64,000 nt of DNA from Paramoeba atlantica (taxonomy: Eukaryota; Protista; Discosea): NCBI GenBank assembly GCA_977017575.1, contig CDRNVI010000045.1, positions 1 to 64,000 of the forward strand, read 5' to 3'. The translations under genes and the position numbers were made by a program. Below are positions 31,936-41,944 of this stretch, piece by piece (within the stretch, counting starts at the first letter, position 1; the number at the start of each line of letters is the position of its first letter). The notes beneath the pieces were generated by a model. It did no database searches. It had not been told where the DNA came from and saw nothing but the letters and a program-made list of their open reading frames with translations.

Positions 31936-32542
31936 ATGGTCATGATCATACGCTCGTGGCGCAGAGATACGTCTCTCTGTGTGACGGCCGATACCATCGG
32001 CGCATGACCCGCATACGACGGGTGTCACACAGAGAGTGGAGTGCGAGGTAGGAGACGAGACGCCCATCGGTCATGCTACAGCACGTATAGCCATGGTTCA
32101 TGCTGCAACACGGTCAAGCCGTGGGTTCATGCTGTCAGATGGTCTATCGTGGATCATGATGCATCATGGGGAGGTCCGTTACCGCCGCACTCGCTACAGC
32201 ATGTAGGGAGAGAGGGGTGCAAGTTCGCATCCCCTATACACGCATACAACGTGTCCTCCCGCTGTAGCACGCCCAGTGGTCCTCAAGGGAGGCCACCATG
32301 GCGCATAGCTCCCGGGAGAAGAAAGCACGAGAAGGAGAGAGCCGGGGAGGGAAGAAAGCTCACTCGAAGAGAGCGATCCGGGGAGGGGTGAAGAGTGCGA
32401 AGTGCGTCCCCTACTTCCGCGACAAAGAGGGACAGTTCCAGCTAGCCGTCAGCCGGAAACGGGCATTTAAAAGTAAGAATATGCCCGTTTCCGGGAAAAG
32501 AAAGGAAGGGCTCAACAAGGTATAGAAACTGTATCTTTATTT
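31936..32542 (-). mobile_element. Non-autonomous SL-capped retroelement C (607 bp)
   Basis: Starts AAATAAAGATACAGTTTCTATACCTTGTTG; no ORF; LRR frame resumes at 31935; the empty site (38261-38280) implies a 3-nt deletion; homologous to D and E. Confidence 0.85.
32513..32542 (-). other. Spliced-leader exon 3' fragment (30 nt)
   Basis: AAATAAAGATACAGTTTCTATACCTTGTTG; compare the kinetoplastid SL end CAGTTTCTGTAC+7 nt ending TTG. Confidence 0.75.
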
Positions 32543-33274
32543 GATTGAGACTTATAAGATCAGGAAGTTTTGTCAAGTCTACAGAACCAGTTAACATATT
32601 CGACTGCAGCGATAACTGCCTGATACGAGCCGGAAGGTTTTCTAAAGTTATGGTGCCGTTAAAGTTGTTGTTATCCAGACGCAGAAAAGAAATATTCCGA
32701 GGCGATGCGTCAAGGGCTAAAGTCCCCGAGAGTAAGTTGCCGCTCACACTCAATTGCTTCAAATAGGGAGAAATCAATGACAAATCTAATTCACCTTCAA
32801 AAACGTTACTGTCCAGACCTAGATGCGTAAGTGAACGTGCCAAACTATCCAAAAGTATATTGCCTTTGAAAAAGTTTCTATGGAGACTCAAATACTTTAG
32901 ACTTTGAGGTAAATTACCAAATTGTAGGTTCCCACTGAGTGAGTTACATGATGGAACGCTGCAGGAGTTCCATTTTTACTGGTAGTGTTGATAAATCCAG
33001 TGGCCCAGTATGTGCATGAAGAAAGAGCGATGAGCATTCCAACGAGGCGGCAAATGAAGTTTTGGAATAGTCCCATGCAAGTTCCTCTTCCGTCCTGAAG
33101 GAACATCAGCTGAAAAATAAGAGAGTTGAATGGGCTTGGCATGCCAAGTAAGATTTCCTTTCATGATAATATCATTAAAGAAAAGAAAAAATATCCGCAT
33201 GCGTTCATCACAATTAACTCCTTCCCATTGAGCATGCAAAAAGAGCATGAATAGGGGGAGTGTGTACGATGTTC

Positions 33275-33475
33275 TTACTCAGATACGAAATGTTTGTCTA
33301 GATATTCACGCATGGATAAGCGCGGAACACTTTGTTCGATCCATCGTTTTGGAAGCTTATGTTTGTGATAGATTACAGCCTTGAATAGATTGTCCCGCAA
33401 ATCAAGTTTCAAATTCCGCGTATCCTTTCCTATATCATATAAGTCTAAGTAACCAGAAAACTGATTTCTGCTCAA
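33275..33475 (-). pseudogene. LRR gene copy X, 3' piece
   Basis: LSRNQFSGYLDLYDIGKDTRNL...KHFVSE*, near-identical to the end of 51359-52531. Confidence 0.9.
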
Positions 33476-33565
33476 TTTAATTTATCATACCTTTATAAGG
33501 CAGAGAATATGCGGATAGGCCTGGGGGGCGCATATGACGCTGCCCAGACCTATCTTTTACAGACG

Positions 33566-35962
33566 TTATACCCGTCCTTCTGTCCAAACGGCAGACTCGC
33601 GGTTCTGCCAGATAATGAAACTGCCTCGAAGGGCGGTCTGCATTAGACTTTCTCGACATTTTTCCGCAAGCTTTGTGTCCTCGTCAAAGAGGAGGTTGAG
33701 GTTTCGACAAGATGTGAGTAACGAGCCGCGGGCTCCCACTTCGAATACAACAAGGGTCGTCCTAGGGTGATTAATGCGTCGTTCATGGAAGAGAGCATTA
33801 TATTTACGGGATTTGCCCTCGTGCGCCTGAGACTGGTTCTCTTCCCAGGGCACAGTGAGCTCAATGATGAACTCACTTCCATCCTTAAGTGTAATCAAAC
33901 CGTCGGGGCGAAGAAGGTCCTCACGGGTGCCGAGCCATGCCGGGGCATTCCTAAATCCGGGGATATCTAGGTGTACGCTCTTGGTATACGGCGAACGCAG
34001 CAAGTGTTTTCCGAGCTCTTCAAGTAACATGTCATGACGGAGGGTGTATCTCCCTTGCTGAAGGGACTCTTTGCACCCCGAGAGCACGTGCCTTGTTGTT
34101 TGAGGTTCGAGTTTACATATGGGACATGTTACACTCGCACGCCGCAGACCCCAAAGCCGAAGATTGGTTCTGGATGGTAGGGGTGAAAGCGTTAGTACTG
34201 AAGCTGCGAAGCGATAAAGTTTTTCACTGTTGAGGTTGTTCAGGGCCGCTGAGAACTCTTTCGCGAGATCAGCCTCGGAGGGGAGGCTCCACCATTTTGC
34301 TGCTGTCGGTGCCCGTCTCTGAAGCTGATTTATGACGTAAGATTCATGGTTATCACGGGCTATCTGTTGCGCCTTCCGCGCGTCATGAAGGTGTTGAATG
34401 GCGTCAGCGCTTGGACGAATATAACCAGAGGATCGTTTTTCTTCTTCTTGCTTGATTCGGGCTCGTAGTGCCGCCTGTATCGATGGGTCCCGCGACTTGT
34501 GCATCTGTGTTAAGGCTAGGATAGAGCATTCGGACCACAGCTTGGATAAACTTTTAAGGTTCCACCCTCGTTCAGTATAAAGAATTTCGGTGCAAGTCGT
34601 GGATGCTGCATTGATCCATTTCTTAAGGTGACGTGTAATTCTTTTCTGCAATCGCAATACAAAGTTGAAAGTGACACACGGGTGAACGGTGAGGGCGTAG
34701 CGCAGACGGGATACGATCGCTCTGTTGTAGATCCAAAGTTTTTCGGGGAGACTGTGTGCACTCTCGTCGACATTCCGAAGCCATGTTCTTAGTCTGACAT
34801 CCAGCTTTTTGAAAAGTTCTTTCGCTTGCTGTGCTCCTGGTGCTATGGTCATTCCAAGAAAAGTGCTTCCACGGTCACATATATGTGGTATCGCTTTGCC
34901 TTCGATACTGAGTCTCGGCTTCCTGGTCATGTAACCCGGGTGCTCACTGCCTTCACGCATGGACATGCACTGTGTACGGCTCTTGTCTACGTTGATTGAG
35001 AGTCCTATTCGTCTCAGTGCAGTTTCGAGTGTGTTGGTCGCGTGCTGCATGTCGGTATCGCTGCTAGTCAGTATCGTCAGGTCGTCAACGTAGGCTTTCA
35101 GGAAATGCCTTGGAGTATCTGGGTAGTCAAGGCCATACCGGGGGCACGATTGCTTGAGGTATCGTAGTACAGTTTCCATCACTAAGTTGAAAATTATGGG
35201 CGACAGGGTATCACCTTGTAGTACGCCTCTGTGTATCGGTATAGCACGTGACAAACCTTCGACACACTTAATACGCATTTCCGCATGTGAATACATGCTT
35301 TCAACGTAGGACACGATTTGTGGCGAGACGTTTGCCCATCGCAGTGCCTCGAAGATGATGTTATGGGGGACCGAGCCGAATGCATTGCTGAGATCAAACT
35401 GCGTGAGACAATATTGCCTTTTGTTTCGGCGGTAATATTGTAGTATTTCGGATAGAGCTTGCGTGTGTTCCAGTGTACCACTCATCTTCGGAAGAAAGCC
35501 TTTTTGAACGCTTGTATCTAGGAGGCCGGAGGACACGGTATGCGTCAAAATTTGGTGTCCGATCATGCTATTGAAAAGTTTGCCTAGAGCGCTAGTCAGG
35601 GAGATAGGTCTCCAGTTTTTCGGGATGTGTTTTTCGCCTCCTTTGTGAATGAGTTTAACTACGGCGGAGGACCAGCATGGCGGGCAGACGCCGTAGCGCA
35701 GAAGATCATTAAACGTGTTCGCTATACGGGGGTACAGGTATTTGCATTGTTTTAGAAGTGCGTTTGTAATCGTATCACGCCCTGGCGCGCTTGCGCTTCT
35801 TTTGCTGCTGAGCGCGTCTGCGACATCTTGCGCGGTCAGTGGAGACCATTCCATTTCGTTGATGGGTAGAGGACCAAGTACGTTGTTCGGCGGCAGACGA
35901 ACGCTTCGGCGGGAGGTGCTGTGCTTTCTGTGAAATATTTTTCTATCGTAGGTAAATCGCAT
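33566..35962 (-). CDS. Element A RT, CCHC knuckle and REL endonuclease (C-terminal part of a frameshifted single ORF)
   Basis: KNWRPISL, QKGF, QFDLSNAFGSV, GVLQGDTLSP, AYVDDL, CPICKLEPQTTRHVLSGC..QGRYTLRH, RPDG...IIELTVPWEEN...K..KY, FEVGARG. Confidence 0.9.
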   Translation of the reverse strand: MRFTYDRKIFHRKHSTSRRSVRLPPNNVLGPLPINEMEWSPLTAQDVADALSSKRSASAPGRDTITNALLKQCKYLYPRIANTFNDLLRYGVCPPCWSSAVVKLIHKGGEKHIPKNWRPISLTSALGKLFNSMIGHQILTHTVSSGLLDTSVQKGFLPKMSGTLEHTQALSEILQYYRRNKRQYCLTQFDLSNAFGSVPHNIIFEALRWANVSPQIVSYVESMYSHAEMRIKCVEGLSRAIPIHRGVLQGDTLSPIIFNLVMETVLRYLKQSCPRYGLDYPDTPRHFLKAYVDDLTILTSSDTDMQHATNTLETALRRIGLSINVDKSRTQCMSMREGSEHPGYMTRKPRLSIEGKAIPHICDRGSTFLGMTIAPGAQQAKELFKKLDVRLRTWLRNVDESAHSLPEKLWIYNRAIVSRLRYALTVHPCVTFNFVLRLQKRITRHLKKWINAASTTCTEILYTERGWNLKSLSKLWSECSILALTQMHKSRDPSIQAALRARIKQEEEKRSSGYIRPSADAIQHLHDARKAQQIARDNHESYVINQLQRRAPTAAKWWSLPSEADLAKEFSAALNNLNSEKLYRFAASVLTLSPLPSRTNLRLWGLRRASVTCPICKLEPQTTRHVLSGCKESLQQGRYTLRHDMLLEELGKHLLRSPYTKSVHLDIPGFRNAPAWLGTREDLLRPDGLITLKDGSEFIIELTVPWEENQSQAHEGKSRKYNALFHERRINHPRTTLVVFEVGARGSLLTSCRNLNLLFDEDTKLAEKCRESLMQTALRGSFIIWQNRESAVWTEGRV

Positions 35963-38151
35963 TCAGGATATTCGGCGGTGGCGGAGGTCGAGGGGCGGTC
36001 CAAGGCCTCGGATGCTGCTGTCCACGGGTTCCGCGTGAATCTGCTATGGGCCCATTGTCTTTCTAGCTGTTTCCTATGTGCTTTGGCCTCTTCTGTGTAT
36101 GTTTTCTCTAGCTTCTCACTTTCCTTAATGCAGCGACGGAGCTCTTGGCGTTCCGTTCCGTGTGTGTAGCGTAGTGATTTCTTTTGGTTGCGTATGTGTT
36201 TCGTCATTTCGTGGGCTGCATTTTCAGACGAAAGTGGCCGGTGCTTGAATCGGGCGTGTCCGCGTTTCGATCGCGTGAGGAAACCTTTAGTGGGGTTAAT
36301 CTCTTGTGCAATTTCGTATGCCGCCACTGCCAGAGAGGCACCCAGGAGTTCTGCGTTTTTCACTGCGATTTCCGGGGTGTCTACTGTTGGATATTGCAGC
36401 CTTCGGCATGTATCGTATGCCTTGTTTTCAACCGCCTTCCATTGATCGTCGTTAAGCTTTAGGCACATTTTTCCCCCTGTTATGGTTTTGTGTTGTTCAA
36501 GCAGATGGAGGCGTTCCCTTTCGCTGGTTTCATCCCATGATGGAACTCGAAGTTCCGTAGTGTGCGAAGGAGGAGGAAGAGGAGAAGGTCGGACGAGGGG
36601 CTCATTGTACCTAAGCGGTCCATATATCTTACAGCATTTATGCAGACAGCGTAGCTTGGCCGAGCATCGGTGACGACATGGTTCCACGTGTATGGTGTTC
36701 TGTGGGTAATGCGCTGCACTGCTAGGCGTCGCGTCAGGGAGTGGCGCAGGGTTGTGCATAGTGCTATCTTTGTTGTCAGTGCACGTCGCATCCGTGATTT
36801 GCACAGTATGTTGGTTCCCGTTTGTTGGTCCGTTGATGCTAGTATTGGGAAGGCGGTAGAAGTTTATAACGTTACGCATGGCCCAACCAGCCAATTTAGC
36901 AGCTTTCCGTAGGAAATCACTATCGTTGTCGTTGAGGTTTGGTGTTACGGAGTTCTGGTTGACGTCGGCCCCCTCTGTTTGGGTTCCCTCGGCAGGTGGG
37001 ACCATTTGGACATCAGGTGGAGGTTGTGTTGCCGGGTTTAACCCTCGTTCTAAAGTTGTGTGAGCGCCCTCCCGTGATATTGCGTTGCATAGCTTCGTTT
37101 GTAGATTTTCATTTGTAGAAGTCGCGGAAGTTGGAAAGTCCAGATGCGAAGATTTAATGCCTCGTTTACAACATAGATGTCCGCACGTAGCTTTGTTCTT
37201 GCAGGAATGACGACATGGATGCGGGGCGGAAGGTTCATCATGTACGGTAGGTTTGCGGTGACCGTTCGACGCATGTGTGTTGCATTTTGTATGTGTCGCA
37301 GGTTCCGAAGAGGTGCTTTCCGGCGTATATTTACTTGGATCTCCTGGGTTGGTGTTATTTGCAGTTCCTTCTGGGACGATCTCAGTTGGCAGTGCTCCTT
37401 CTGATGAGCAATATGTAGCGTCCTCACTCGGCAGCGGTCCATAGATTTTACAGCACTTGTGAGCACAGGAGAGTTTGCTCAAGCAGCGGTGCTTGCATGG
37501 TCCCTTGTGTTGATCAGTTTTACCCTTCTGGGGCTTTGGCGTTCGTGGGGGAGCGATTTTATGAGGGGATTCTTCTATCCTGCGCGGCTTCTCGTATTCC
37601 GCGGTTTCAGTGCTTGGTGTTTCCTGGTTTCTTATGAGCTCGATTTTTATGTGCTTCAGTCCCGATATTTCTCTTCCCTGTATGGCCTTCAGGGCTGCCT
37701 TATTTAGCGTGCTTGGGGTGGAATACTTGTCTCGCAGGCTGAGGGCAGGGTCGGTGTGCATCGAGACCCAGTTTGGGTGCAGGGAGATGGTGTAGGGGTG
37801 TTCATTCCTCGTAACCTTTATATAGTCGCACGCGTTATGCTCCACGAGCTCCTCAAAGGTGGTGTGTTCAGCTACGAGATCGTGTGCTGATGCACACTTA
37901 CTCAGCAGTTTCGTGATAGCTACTTCCGCACCTTGTCGGGATGGAATTCTTTGTCTGACTATGGACCATTGGCTCGCGGTCTTAATGTCCGGGAAATACG
38001 TCCAATGCAGATCAGTGAGGCGTCGTATCTTAACGGGCCGTGATCTGCTGTGGACGAAGTGCAGGGTTTGCGTCCGTACGCCGCCGGAAGCTCGAGGGAG
38101 GTCCGGCAGCGCATCGTCAACATTCCGCGGAGAAGTGGGATTGTCGGACAT
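35836..38151 (-). CDS. Element A N-terminal part (true start MSDNPT at 38151) with 3 CxHxCxxKxxCxHxCCK fingers
   Basis: ATG 30 nt after the SL end; ends in RNPWTAAS...YP.C, which is contiguous with the RT in element B, so one frameshift lies near 35900-35930. Confidence 0.8.
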   Translation of the reverse strand: MSDNPTSPRNVDDALPDLPRASGGVRTQTLHFVHSRSRPVKIRRLTDLHWTYFPDIKTASQWSIVRQRIPSRQGAEVAITKLLSKCASAHDLVAEHTTFEELVEHNACDYIKVTRNEHPYTISLHPNWVSMHTDPALSLRDKYSTPSTLNKAALKAIQGREISGLKHIKIELIRNQETPSTETAEYEKPRRIEESPHKIAPPRTPKPQKGKTDQHKGPCKHRCLSKLSCAHKCCKIYGPLPSEDATYCSSEGALPTEIVPEGTANNTNPGDPSKYTPESTSSEPATHTKCNTHASNGHRKPTVHDEPSAPHPCRHSCKNKATCGHLCCKRGIKSSHLDFPTSATSTNENLQTKLCNAISREGAHTTLERGLNPATQPPPDVQMVPPAEGTQTEGADVNQNSVTPNLNDNDSDFLRKAAKLAGWAMRNVINFYRLPNTSINGPTNGNQHTVQITDATCTDNKDSTMHNPAPLPDATPSSAAHYPQNTIHVEPCRHRCSAKLRCLHKCCKIYGPLRYNEPLVRPSPLPPPSHTTELRVPSWDETSERERLHLLEQHKTITGGKMCLKLNDDQWKAVENKAYDTCRRLQYPTVDTPEIAVKNAELLGASLAVAAYEIAQEINPTKGFLTRSKRGHARFKHRPLSSENAAHEMTKHIRNQKKSLRYTHGTERQELRRCIKESEKLEKTYTEEAKAHRKQLERQWAHSRFTRNPWTAASEALDRPSTSATAEYPECDLPTIEKYFTESTAPPAEAFVCRRTTYLVLYPSTKWNGLH

Positions 38152-38180
38152 GTTGGAGATACAGTTTAGAAAAAAAAAAA

Positions 38181-38203
38181 CAACAAGGTACAGAAACTGT
38201 ATC
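38181..38203 (-). other. Spliced-leader exon 3' fragment at the 5' end of A
   Basis: GATACAGTTTCTGTACCTTGTTG, preceded by AA shared with the LRR flank. Confidence 0.75.
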
Positions 38204-38405
38204 TTCAGAACCTCCAACGAGTCAGGAAGATGCTTCACATCTAGCTCTCCAAAAAACAAATTCTCGCTGAGATTGAGACTTATAAGATCAGGAAGTTTTG
38301 TCAAGTCTACAGAACCAGTTAACATATTCGACTGCAGCGATAACTCCTTTATACTAGCAGGTAGGATTTCTAAAGTTATGGTGCCGTTAAAATCGTTGGT
38401 ATCCA
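38204..38405 (-). pseudogene. LRR gene copy X, middle piece between elements B and A
   Basis: DTNDFNGTITLEILPASIKELSLQSN...HLPDSLEVL, matching the intact paralog. Confidence 0.9.
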
Positions 38406-38491
38406 TTATTTATATCTATACAGGGCATTACCTGTAGAGTAATAAAGTCTAACAGGACGTACGCATATGACGTCGCCTGCTAGACCATTTG

Positions 38492-41400
38492 CTAACCAAA
38501 GCTTTGGTTGTCCCATAAAGGGGATTCCCTTTTCAGCCAGAGTTGAAAGCTGCTCCGGATCGCCGTTCGGATGACTTCGACACGGCACTTATCTGAGAGT
38601 GCCTTGTCACCCAAAAAGAGACGGTTGATGTGACGCAGCGTCGTAGAAGGGAGACCTCTAGCTCCAACTTCAAAGCATATCAAGTGGCAGTCTGAGTATC
38701 TTATTTTTCGTCGGTGTAGAATATTTATGTACTTTTCTACTTTTCGGCAGTGGGCTTCGTGTACGTTTTCCTCCCAGGGCATCGTCAACTCAACGATAAA
38801 TTCAGTTCCGTCGTTGAGTTTGACGATTCCATCTGGGCGAAGCTGTGTTTCCAGGTCGGACCACCATGCGGGTAGTTGACGTAGGTGTGGGAGATCAAAA
38901 TGTGCCTCTGCGGTATGGGGGGAAGAGAGTATCGCGTTTGCAAAGGTGGAGAGTACACAATCATGGCGATATGTGTAACGTCCCTGTTCTAGTGATACCT
39001 TGCACGAGGATAAGAGGTGTCGTAATGTTTCCGGTTCTTGTTTACAAATTCGGCATTGTACTGTATCTGTGCCGTGAATTCCCCATGTCCTCAGCATTGT
39101 CCTAGTAGGGAGAGTGTTTTGTACCATTAAAGAAGTTGCGAAGCGGCTAAGGGAAGTGCTACGTAATCCGTTTATCGCGGCGCTGAAATCTTTCGCCTGT
39201 TCTTCCTCGGAGGCTATATCCCACCACTGAATAGCGAACGTTGACCTGCGGCGTAGTGCGTTGATCATTCGGTCCTCATTAAGCTCAAGAAGAGTTCGTT
39301 TTGCGAGGTCGCGATCCTCCAGTATGTGTGTGATGTCACATGCTGGTCGAATTTGGCCTTTCCTGCGCTTATGTTCTTCAGCCCGTATTCTTTCCTGCAG
39401 TGCGGCGGTAACGTTCGGGTCTCGGGACCGCTTCATTTGACAGAGAAGATCAGCTGTACAGTCTTCCCAGAGTCTGGACAAGCTGCAGATGTTCCATCCA
39501 CGCTGAGAGTAGATTGCTTCGCTGCATGTAGTTCTAGCCGCATTGATCCACCGTTTCAGGGAGTGAGTACACATTTTCTGAAGGCGTAAAATAAAGTTTA
39601 GCGTGATACATGGGTGTATAGTAAAGGTGAAGCGTAGCCGAGAGATGATTGCGTGCTGATATATCCAAATTTTTGATGGGAGGTCGTGGGCCGACTGGTC
39701 AATGTTATGAAGCCATCGCTTCAATAAGGGCCTAACTTTCGTGAAAAGGGCTCGGGATTGTTGAGAACCGGGGGCAATATTCATGCCAAGAAACGTACTT
39801 CCTTCGTCGCATATATGCGGTATAGCTTCGTTCTTGATGAAAATTTGAGGACGTCGTGTCATGTAGCCGGGGTGTTCATCATTTTTCTTGGACGCCATAT
39901 ATTGGACTCTGCACTTTTTGACGTTGATCGAAAGGCCAAGCGAACCGAGTACCGTGGATAGTGTTTCAACAGCCAGTTGCATTTCTTTTTCACTATTCGT
40001 CAGGACCGTGAGATCGTCTGCGTACGCTTTTAGGAAGCTTTTTGGAAATCCAGGGAGGTTCAATCCAAATGAGGGAAATGATTTTGCCATGTAACGTAGG
40101 GCTAGCTCCATAATCACCAGAAAGAGCGTAGGAGAGAGAGTGTCACCTTGTAAGACACCTCGTTTAGCTGGGATCGCGCTGGACAGACCTTCGTAACATT
40201 TAATGCGGGTACTTGCGTCAGTGTATAAGCATTGGACGTATTTAATAATGTTTGGGGAGATTCTCGCCCATTCCAGTGCTTCAAAGATGATGTTGCGGGG
40301 GACTGAACCAAAGGCGTTACTGAGGTCTAGCTGGGCCATGCAGTAGTTCCACTTGTTCTTCCGGTAGTGGCGTAGGAGCTCTGAGAGGGATTGCGTATGT
40401 TCGAGAGTACCGTTAATGGCGGGGAGAAAGCCTTTCTGTATCTTGGGGTCAATGACAGAGGCTTCAAGTAGGAATTTCGTCATTTTCCGGCTGATGATGG
40501 AATGCAGGAGTTTCCCTAGTACGCTAGTCAGGCCGATGGGACGCCAGTTTTGTGGGTTGTCAGGCTCCCCTTTTTTGTAAATGAGGCGAGTGACGGATAT
40601 TTTCCACGACGTCGGACATGTGCTGAAGCGCACTAGCGCGTTGAAGACGTTTGCCATGTGGGTGTGGGAGCTGTGGCATCGCTTTAGAGTCTGGTACGTA
40701 ATGGAGTCCTGGCCTGGAGCACTGCTGTTTTTCTTTGATGTGAGAGCGTTCGAAATGTCGATTGAAGCCAGTTCGTCCCAGGTCATTTCTGCCAGAGGAC
40801 GGTTTCCGAGGACGTCGTGGGGTGGTAAGTGATGCACTGTAGTGGGGTCCGTAAGTAATGTTGTGAACACACTTTCCACTTTCTGTACATTGCAAGTCGG
40901 ATAGGCCGGTACACTTTCTGCTTCTGTCCTTTTGTCCAAGGTTTGACTCGCAGCCGTCCATGGATTGCGGTTGAATTGTTGAAGTGCCCAGCGACTTTCC
41001 AGTTCCCGTTTTTGGGCCATGGCTTCTGCGCTGTATATACGTTCCGCCTTTTTGGTTTCCTTAATCTTTTGTTTCAACGCCATGCGGGGAGCCTTGCCGT
41101 GTGTGTATCGCAGCTTCATTTGTAGTTGTTTTACATGTCGAGAGAAGGAAAAGGCAACTTTTTCGCTTTCTAATGGACGGACTTTCCCCTTTATGTGTCC
41201 TCGAGCCGTTCGGATAATGAAACCCTTCCTGGAGTCGACGTCTCGCGCCACTTCATATGCCGACACCGCTAGTATTGCACTCAGTAGTTCTGCGTTATGG
41301 ACGGCGGAGAGTGCGTCGCCAGAGACAGTGAGCAAGGTGTTGCATCTGTGGAGGGCCCTACGTTCCACCTCGTGCCAGTGCGCATCAGCCAAGTTTATGT

Positions 41401-41944
41401 TTAACTTGCCCCCCTGGATGTATCGTGCCGTGCGGAAAAGGTACTCCGTCTCGTCGAGTGGTCTCGGAGAGGAAGCGGAAGTGGGGGGGTTAAGTTCGGG
41501 GTGTTCTTGCTCTTGTCCTGCGTTGGGGCTCCCCTCAGAGTCTCCTTCGATTCTCTGATCGAGGGATGGTCCATAAATTTTGCAGCATGGATGGCTGCAT
41601 TTGAGTTTACTTATGCATCGATGTTGGCATGGGTGCGTCCGCTTCAAGGAGGGGGCGTGGTCACGCGAAATAATCTCGTATGGTGGAAGTGTTGGGACCG
41701 TTTGGGGCTTTGATGGCTGTACTTCTTCTTTGTCGTCGGTGCGAAGGAGCAGAACGATCCGAAACGCCGATAACCCAGGGACCGCTCTCCCGTTCAGTAC
41801 CTTATTTACCGCTTTACCCATTGAGCTAGGTGATGCATAGTGGTTGTATAATTCCAGGCGGCTGTCGTGAAAAAGAGATACCCAGTTCGCGTGGCGAGAA
41901 ATGTGACTTGTTGAGTCTACTCTACTAACTTCTAAAAAAGTCAC
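38492..41944 (-). CDS. Element B RT, knuckle and REL with one finger (C-terminal part of a frameshifted single ORF)
   Basis: QNWRPIGL, QLDLSNAFGSV, GVLQGDTLSP, AYADDL, CRICKQEPETLRHLLSSC..QGRYTYRH, RPDG...IVELTMPWEEN. Confidence 0.9.
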   Translation of the reverse strand: MTFLEVSRVDSTSHISRHANWVSLFHDSRLELYNHYASPSSMGKAVNKVLNGRAVPGLSAFRIVLLLRTDDKEEVQPSKPQTVPTLPPYEIISRDHAPSLKRTHPCQHRCISKLKCSHPCCKIYGPSLDQRIEGDSEGSPNAGQEQEHPELNPPTSASSPRPLDETEYLFRTARYIQGGKLNINLADAHWHEVERRALHRCNTLLTVSGDALSAVHNAELLSAILAVSAYEVARDVDSRKGFIIRTARGHIKGKVRPLESEKVAFSFSRHVKQLQMKLRYTHGKAPRMALKQKIKETKKAERIYSAEAMAQKRELESRWALQQFNRNPWTAASQTLDKRTEAESVPAYPTCNVQKVESVFTTLLTDPTTVHHLPPHDVLGNRPLAEMTWDELASIDISNALTSKKNSSAPGQDSITYQTLKRCHSSHTHMANVFNALVRFSTCPTSWKISVTRLIYKKGEPDNPQNWRPIGLTSVLGKLLHSIISRKMTKFLLEASVIDPKIQKGFLPAINGTLEHTQSLSELLRHYRKNKWNYCMAQLDLSNAFGSVPRNIIFEALEWARISPNIIKYVQCLYTDASTRIKCYEGLSSAIPAKRGVLQGDTLSPTLFLVIMELALRYMAKSFPSFGLNLPGFPKSFLKAYADDLTVLTNSEKEMQLAVETLSTVLGSLGLSINVKKCRVQYMASKKNDEHPGYMTRRPQIFIKNEAIPHICDEGSTFLGMNIAPGSQQSRALFTKVRPLLKRWLHNIDQSAHDLPSKIWIYQHAIISRLRFTFTIHPCITLNFILRLQKMCTHSLKRWINAARTTCSEAIYSQRGWNICSLSRLWEDCTADLLCQMKRSRDPNVTAALQERIRAEEHKRRKGQIRPACDITHILEDRDLAKRTLLELNEDRMINALRRRSTFAIQWWDIASEEEQAKDFSAAINGLRSTSLSRFATSLMVQNTLPTRTMLRTWGIHGTDTVQCRICKQEPETLRHLLSSCKVSLEQGRYTYRHDCVLSTFANAILSSPHTAEAHFDLPHLRQLPAWWSDLETQLRPDGIVKLNDGTEFIVELTMPWEENVHEAHCRKVEKYINILHRRKIRYSDCHLICFEVGARGLPSTTLRHINRLFLGDKALSDKCRVEVIRTAIRSSFQLWLKRESPLWDNQSFG

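Larger units (their letters stand above)
31670..33248 (-). pseudogene. LRR gene copy Y (paralog of 51359-52531), 5'-truncated, frameshifted and interrupted by element C
   Basis: Pieces 32976-33248, 32543-32891 and 31670-31935 align in order to the intact paralog. Confidence 0.85.
33476..38203 (-). mobile_element. Element A: SL-capped HERO/NeSL-like RLE non-LTR retrotransposon (4.7 kb)
   Basis: 5' GATACAGTTTCTGTACCTTGTTG; RT+REL coding; LRR flanks rejoin with a 1-nt deletion relative to 51555-51569; no TSD or poly(A). Confidence 0.9.

Noticed and set aside
32260-32320. HDV-like ribozyme in C/D (gggagc...gcc atggt ggc ctccc)
   Set aside because: I could not fit the nested double pseudoknot; there is no UCCUCG-type L3, and the putative P2 and P3 overlap. 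It needs an RNArobo or Infernal search.
35836-38406. LRR-retrotransposon fusion protein (856-aa track ORF)
   Set aside because: The ATG is created by the B-tail/LRR junction and KIQFLYLV is the SL read in frame. The element's own ATG is at 38151, so the open frame is probably coincidental.
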